In this document: in pieces, positions 49,610-52,626 of the stretch | Position numbering within the stretch: the stretch's first letter is position 1 | How the letters are laid out: each line of letters starts with the position of its first letter | NCBI GenBank assembly: GCA_036340075.1 | Contig: JAYYZJ010000007.1 | Span: forward strand, 1 to 52,626 | Origin: Thermodesulfobacteriota bacterium | Lineage (GTDB): Bacteria > Desulfobacterota_D > UBA1144 | Length of the DNA: 52,626 nucleotides | Direction: 5' to 3' | Notes under the pieces: generated by a model | Told to the model about the DNA's origin: nothing | The model's database searches: none | The model's input: the letters and a program-made list of their open reading frames with translations, nothing else | Made by a program: the position numbers and the translations under genes

Positions 49610-50213
49610 GATAAAAATTTGTGGTCTTACTAATACTAACGATATCAGTCTATGTAATGATTTGCCTATAGACTTTATAGGCTTTAATTTTTATTCTAAA
49701 AGCAAAAGATTTATTTCAATTAAAACAGCAGAAACTTTAATTAAAAATCTTTCAAAAGATATCTCGAAAGTTGGGATATTTGTTAATGAAAACGTTGATA
49801 CAATAAACCATCATATTAGTGAATTAGATTTAGATTATGTTCAACTACATGGCGACGAAACTCCTGAAGAAATATATAAGCTAAAATGTAAAACTATAAA
49901 AGCTTTCTCTGCACTTGATTCAAACTTGCCTAAAAAGGTAATAGATTTTGATACAGACTATTGGCTTTTTGATTCAGCCAACAAGGAAGAAAGAGGAGGA
50001 ACTGGCAAGACATTTGATTGGTCTATTCTTTCGGATATTTCTCCAAAGGAAAAAATGATTCTGTCTGGGGGAATTAATGAATCAAACATTTTAGATGCTA
50101 TAAATAAAACAAGAATTAATATTATTGATGTATGTTCTGGGGTCGAATTGTCTCCGGGCTACAAAGATGTTAAAAAACTCGAATCTATTGTAAGATTAGT
50201 TAAAGATGTCTAA
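49602..50213 (+). CDS. trpF: Phosphoribosylanthranilate isomerase
   Basis: KICGL, GFNF...[24 protein letters not shown]. Confidence 0.96.
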   Translation: MNKIKICGLTNTNDISLCNDLPIDFIGFNFYSKSKRFISIKTAETLIKNLSKDISKVGIFVNENVDTINHHISELDLDYVQLHGDETPEEIYKLKCKTIKAFSALDSNLPKKVIDFDTDYWLFDSANKEERGGTGKTFDWSILSDISPKEKMILSGGINESNILDAINKTRINIIDVCSGVELSPGYKDVKKLESIVRLVKDV

Positions 50214-51414
50214 CAAAGTGAAACATTATCCTGATAAAGATGGAAGGTTTGGTGACTATGGAGGAAAATTTGTCTCAGAGACATTAATGCCTGCACTAGA
50301 TGAACTTGAAAGAAGTTATAAAGATATTAAAAACAAAAAAGACTTTAATCTTGAAATTAGCTCCTTATTGAAAAATTTTGTTGGGAGGCCAACTCCTTTA
50401 TATTTAGCCGAAAGAACTTCCGAGATGATTGGTGGAGCAAAAATTTATCTTAAAAGAGAGGATCTTGCTCATACCGGTGCTCACAAGATCAACAACACTG
50501 TGGGTCAAGCAATTCTGGCAAAGCTTATGGGAAAGAAGCGTATCATTGCTGAAACTGGGGCAGGACAACACGGAGTAGCTACCGCTACTGTATGTGCTCT
50601 TTTGGGTCTTAAATGTGAGATATATATGGGTCTACTCGACACCTATAGACAATCAGTCAATGTACAAAGAATGAAGCTGTTAGGAGCAAAAGTCATTCCA
50701 GTTAAATCTGGTTCACAAACTCTTAAAGATGCATTAAACGAAGCATTACGTGATTGGGTTACAAACGTAAAAGATACTTTTTACATAATTGGTAGTGTTG
50801 CCGGTCCACATCCTTATCCAATGATAGTTAGAGATTTCCAATCTGTAATAGGAAAGGAAGCTAGGAAACAAATTTTGGGTATTGAATCAAAATTACCCGA
50901 TTTGTTAGTCGCTTGTGTTGGTGGAGGGTCAAACGCAATTGGCTTATTTTATCCTTTCCTAAATGACAAGAATGTAAAAATGGTAGGAGTTGAGGCGGGA
51001 GGAAATGGAATCAGTACTGGATTACACTCAGCAAGTATTTCTGCTGGCACAGTTGGTGTATTACATGGTAGCAAAACTTATATTTTACAAAATAAAGATG
51101 GGCAAGTAACTGAGACTCATTCAGTTTCGGCAGGACTTGATTATCCAGGAGTAGGACCAGAACATTCATATCTTAATGACATAAAAAGAGTTAAATATAC
51201 ATCGGTAAATGATAAGCAAGCAGTTAAAGCGTTAAAATACTTTTCAGAGAAAGAAGGAATTATTGCTGCGCTAGAAACTTCACATGCTCTTGCTTATGCT
51301 CTTACTGCTGCGTCTAAGATGAAAAAGAATCAAATAATAATTGTAAATCTTTCGGGACGAGGAGATAAAGATTTAGAATCTGTAAACAGTTTTCTGAAGA
51401 AAAATAAAATTTAA
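50206..51414 (+). CDS. trpB: Tryptophan synthase beta chain
   Basis: [35 protein letters not shown]. Confidence 0.98.
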   Translation: MSNKVKHYPDKDGRFGDYGGKFVSETLMPALDELERSYKDIKNKKDFNLEISSLLKNFVGRPTPLYLAERTSEMIGGAKIYLKREDLAHTGAHKINNTVGQAILAKLMGKKRIIAETGAGQHGVATATVCALLGLKCEIYMGLLDTYRQSVNVQRMKLLGAKVIPVKSGSQTLKDALNEALRDWVTNVKDTFYIIGSVAGPHPYPMIVRDFQSVIGKEARKQILGIESKLPDLLVACVGGGSNAIGLFYPFLNDKNVKMVGVEAGGNGISTGLHSASISAGTVGVLHGSKTYILQNKDGQVTETHSVSAGLDYPGVGPEHSYLNDIKRVKYTSVNDKQAVKALKYFSEKEGIIAALETSHALAYALTAASKMKKNQIIIVNLSGRGDKDLESVNSFLKKNKI

Positions 51415-51416
51415 TA

Positions 51417-52214
51417 ATGAAGCTACTAGAAACTATAGAAAAAGCTAAGCAAGAACAAAGAACCTGTTTGGTAACTTATGTTACAGCAGGTGACCCAGAT
51501 GCCAGTACATCGCTAAAAATTTTAGAAGTACTGTCTCAAAATGGTTCTGATATTATTGAACTTGGAATTCCCTTCTCTGATCCAATCTCAGATGGTCCGA
51601 CAATCCAAAAAGCAAGCGAGCGAGCTCTTTCTAATAACGTAACAATTTCTAGTGCGCTTAGTATAGTAAAAAAATTCAGAACCAAAAATGAAACCCCGAT
51701 TATACTTTTTGGTTACTATAATCCATTTCTTAAATATGGATTAGCTAAAATAATGAAAGATATAAAAAAGTCTGGTGGAGATGGGATTCTGATAGTCGAT
51801 TTGCCACCTGAGGAATCTTATGAGGCTCAAAGTGCAGCAAATAAAGCCGGGATTGAATTAATCTATTTGATAGCGCCAACGAGTACAGAAAAAAGAATTA
51901 AAATTATTTCGGAACTCTCAAATTCATTTATATATTTAGTCTCAGTAACAGGGGTTACTGGTGCAAGAAAAATGCTTGATAAAAATCTTAAAAACTTCAT
52001 AAAAAATATTAAGAATAGAACTAAAAAGCCTATATGCGTGGGTTTTGGCATATCTAATTCAGCTCACATAAATCAACTGAAAAATATTACCGATGGAATA
52101 ATAATAGGTAGTGCAATTATTAAAAAAATTGAAAAAAATATTAATAAAAAGCCCTTAATCTTAAAAGAAATCTCAAAATTTATATTAAAAATAAAGAAAG
52201 CTACTTATAAATAA
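51417..52214 (+). CDS. trpA: Tryptophan synthase alpha chain
   Basis: ELGIPFSDP..DGPTIQ, DLPPEE, GVTG, GFGIS. Confidence 0.98.
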   Translation: MKLLETIEKAKQEQRTCLVTYVTAGDPDASTSLKILEVLSQNGSDIIELGIPFSDPISDGPTIQKASERALSNNVTISSALSIVKKFRTKNETPIILFGYYNPFLKYGLAKIMKDIKKSGGDGILIVDLPPEESYEAQSAANKAGIELIYLIAPTSTEKRIKIISELSNSFIYLVSVTGVTGARKMLDKNLKNFIKNIKNRTKKPICVGFGISNSAHINQLKNITDGIIIGSAIIKKIEKNINKKPLILKEISKFILKIKKATYK

Positions 52215-52308
52215 AAGACTTTAATAGTCTAAAATTATATGGCAACCTATATATTCTGTTGGCTGCTTTTAAGGGTAGCGCATTATTTTAATATTAAGAG
52301 GTGACAAT

Positions 52309-52626
52309 ATGCAATTATTATTTAAAACTCGTTCCGCAGAATATACTGGAGAAGGAACTCTACCAAATGGAACTTTTGATGATACTTCCACTTGGAAACC
52401 AATGACAAGATATCTTGAAGATGGGGCTGTCAATTATCCAGACAAACCCATGTTTAAAATTGCTAATGCTGAGGGACAAGTAGTCGAAACTTATTCATAC
52501 AAAGAAACAAATGAAAAGGCCAATCAAGTTGCAAATGGCTTGATAGATAAAGTTGGTGTTAAGAAAGGTGACAAAGTTGGTATGTACATGCTTAACTGCG
52601 CTGAATTCGTTTTATCTATTCTTGCT
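52309..52626 (+). CDS. AMP-binding (acyl-CoA ligase-like) protein, 5' part, runs off the window
   Basis: Manual translation MQLLFKTRSA...YPDKP...YSYKE...ANQVANGL...GVKKGDKVGMYMLNCAEF; SD GAGGTG. Confidence 0.85.
   Translation, partial: MQLLFKTRSAEYTGEGTLPNGTFDDTSTWKPMTRYLEDGAVNYPDKPMFKIANAEGQVVETYSYKETNEKANQVANGLIDKVGVKKGDKVGMYMLNCAEFVLSILA

Overview
52.6 kb of AT-rich, tightly packed bacterial chromosome with about 52 CDSs and three tRNA genes (Ala-GGC, Gly-GCC, Phe-GAA), none encoding CCA. I found no mobile elements, CRISPR or rRNA. The gene content (glyQ-glyS-ppdK, zapB-zapA-ygfA-rny, futalosine menaquinone genes, split methylmalonyl-CoA mutase, NtrBC-type sigma-54 system) suggests a streamlined relative of the former Deltaproteobacteria, possibly marine Dadabacteria; this is an unverified inference. 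Most of the window is housekeeping. The top finding is a MoxR/RavA-type AAA+ ATPase ORF and a downstream VWA ORF that look like one gene split by an A10G slippery run (14760-14770). The -1 frame is open across the gap and encodes an acidic linker, predicting a 314-aa ATPase and a ~706-aa ATPase-VWA fusion by programmed frameshifting, unless the run is an assembly error. Other observations: gyrA appears to initiate at a non-canonical ATT; many operon heads look leaderless (-10 box exactly 6 nt before the start codon); a near-consensus sigma-54 promoter with phased A-tracts precedes a porin; a porin/FMN-binding/His-rich membrane protein/FTR1 cluster suggests redox-coupled iron uptake; 6S RNA is absent from its usual zapA-ygfA slot; and a 58-aa membrane protein is missing from the ORF track.
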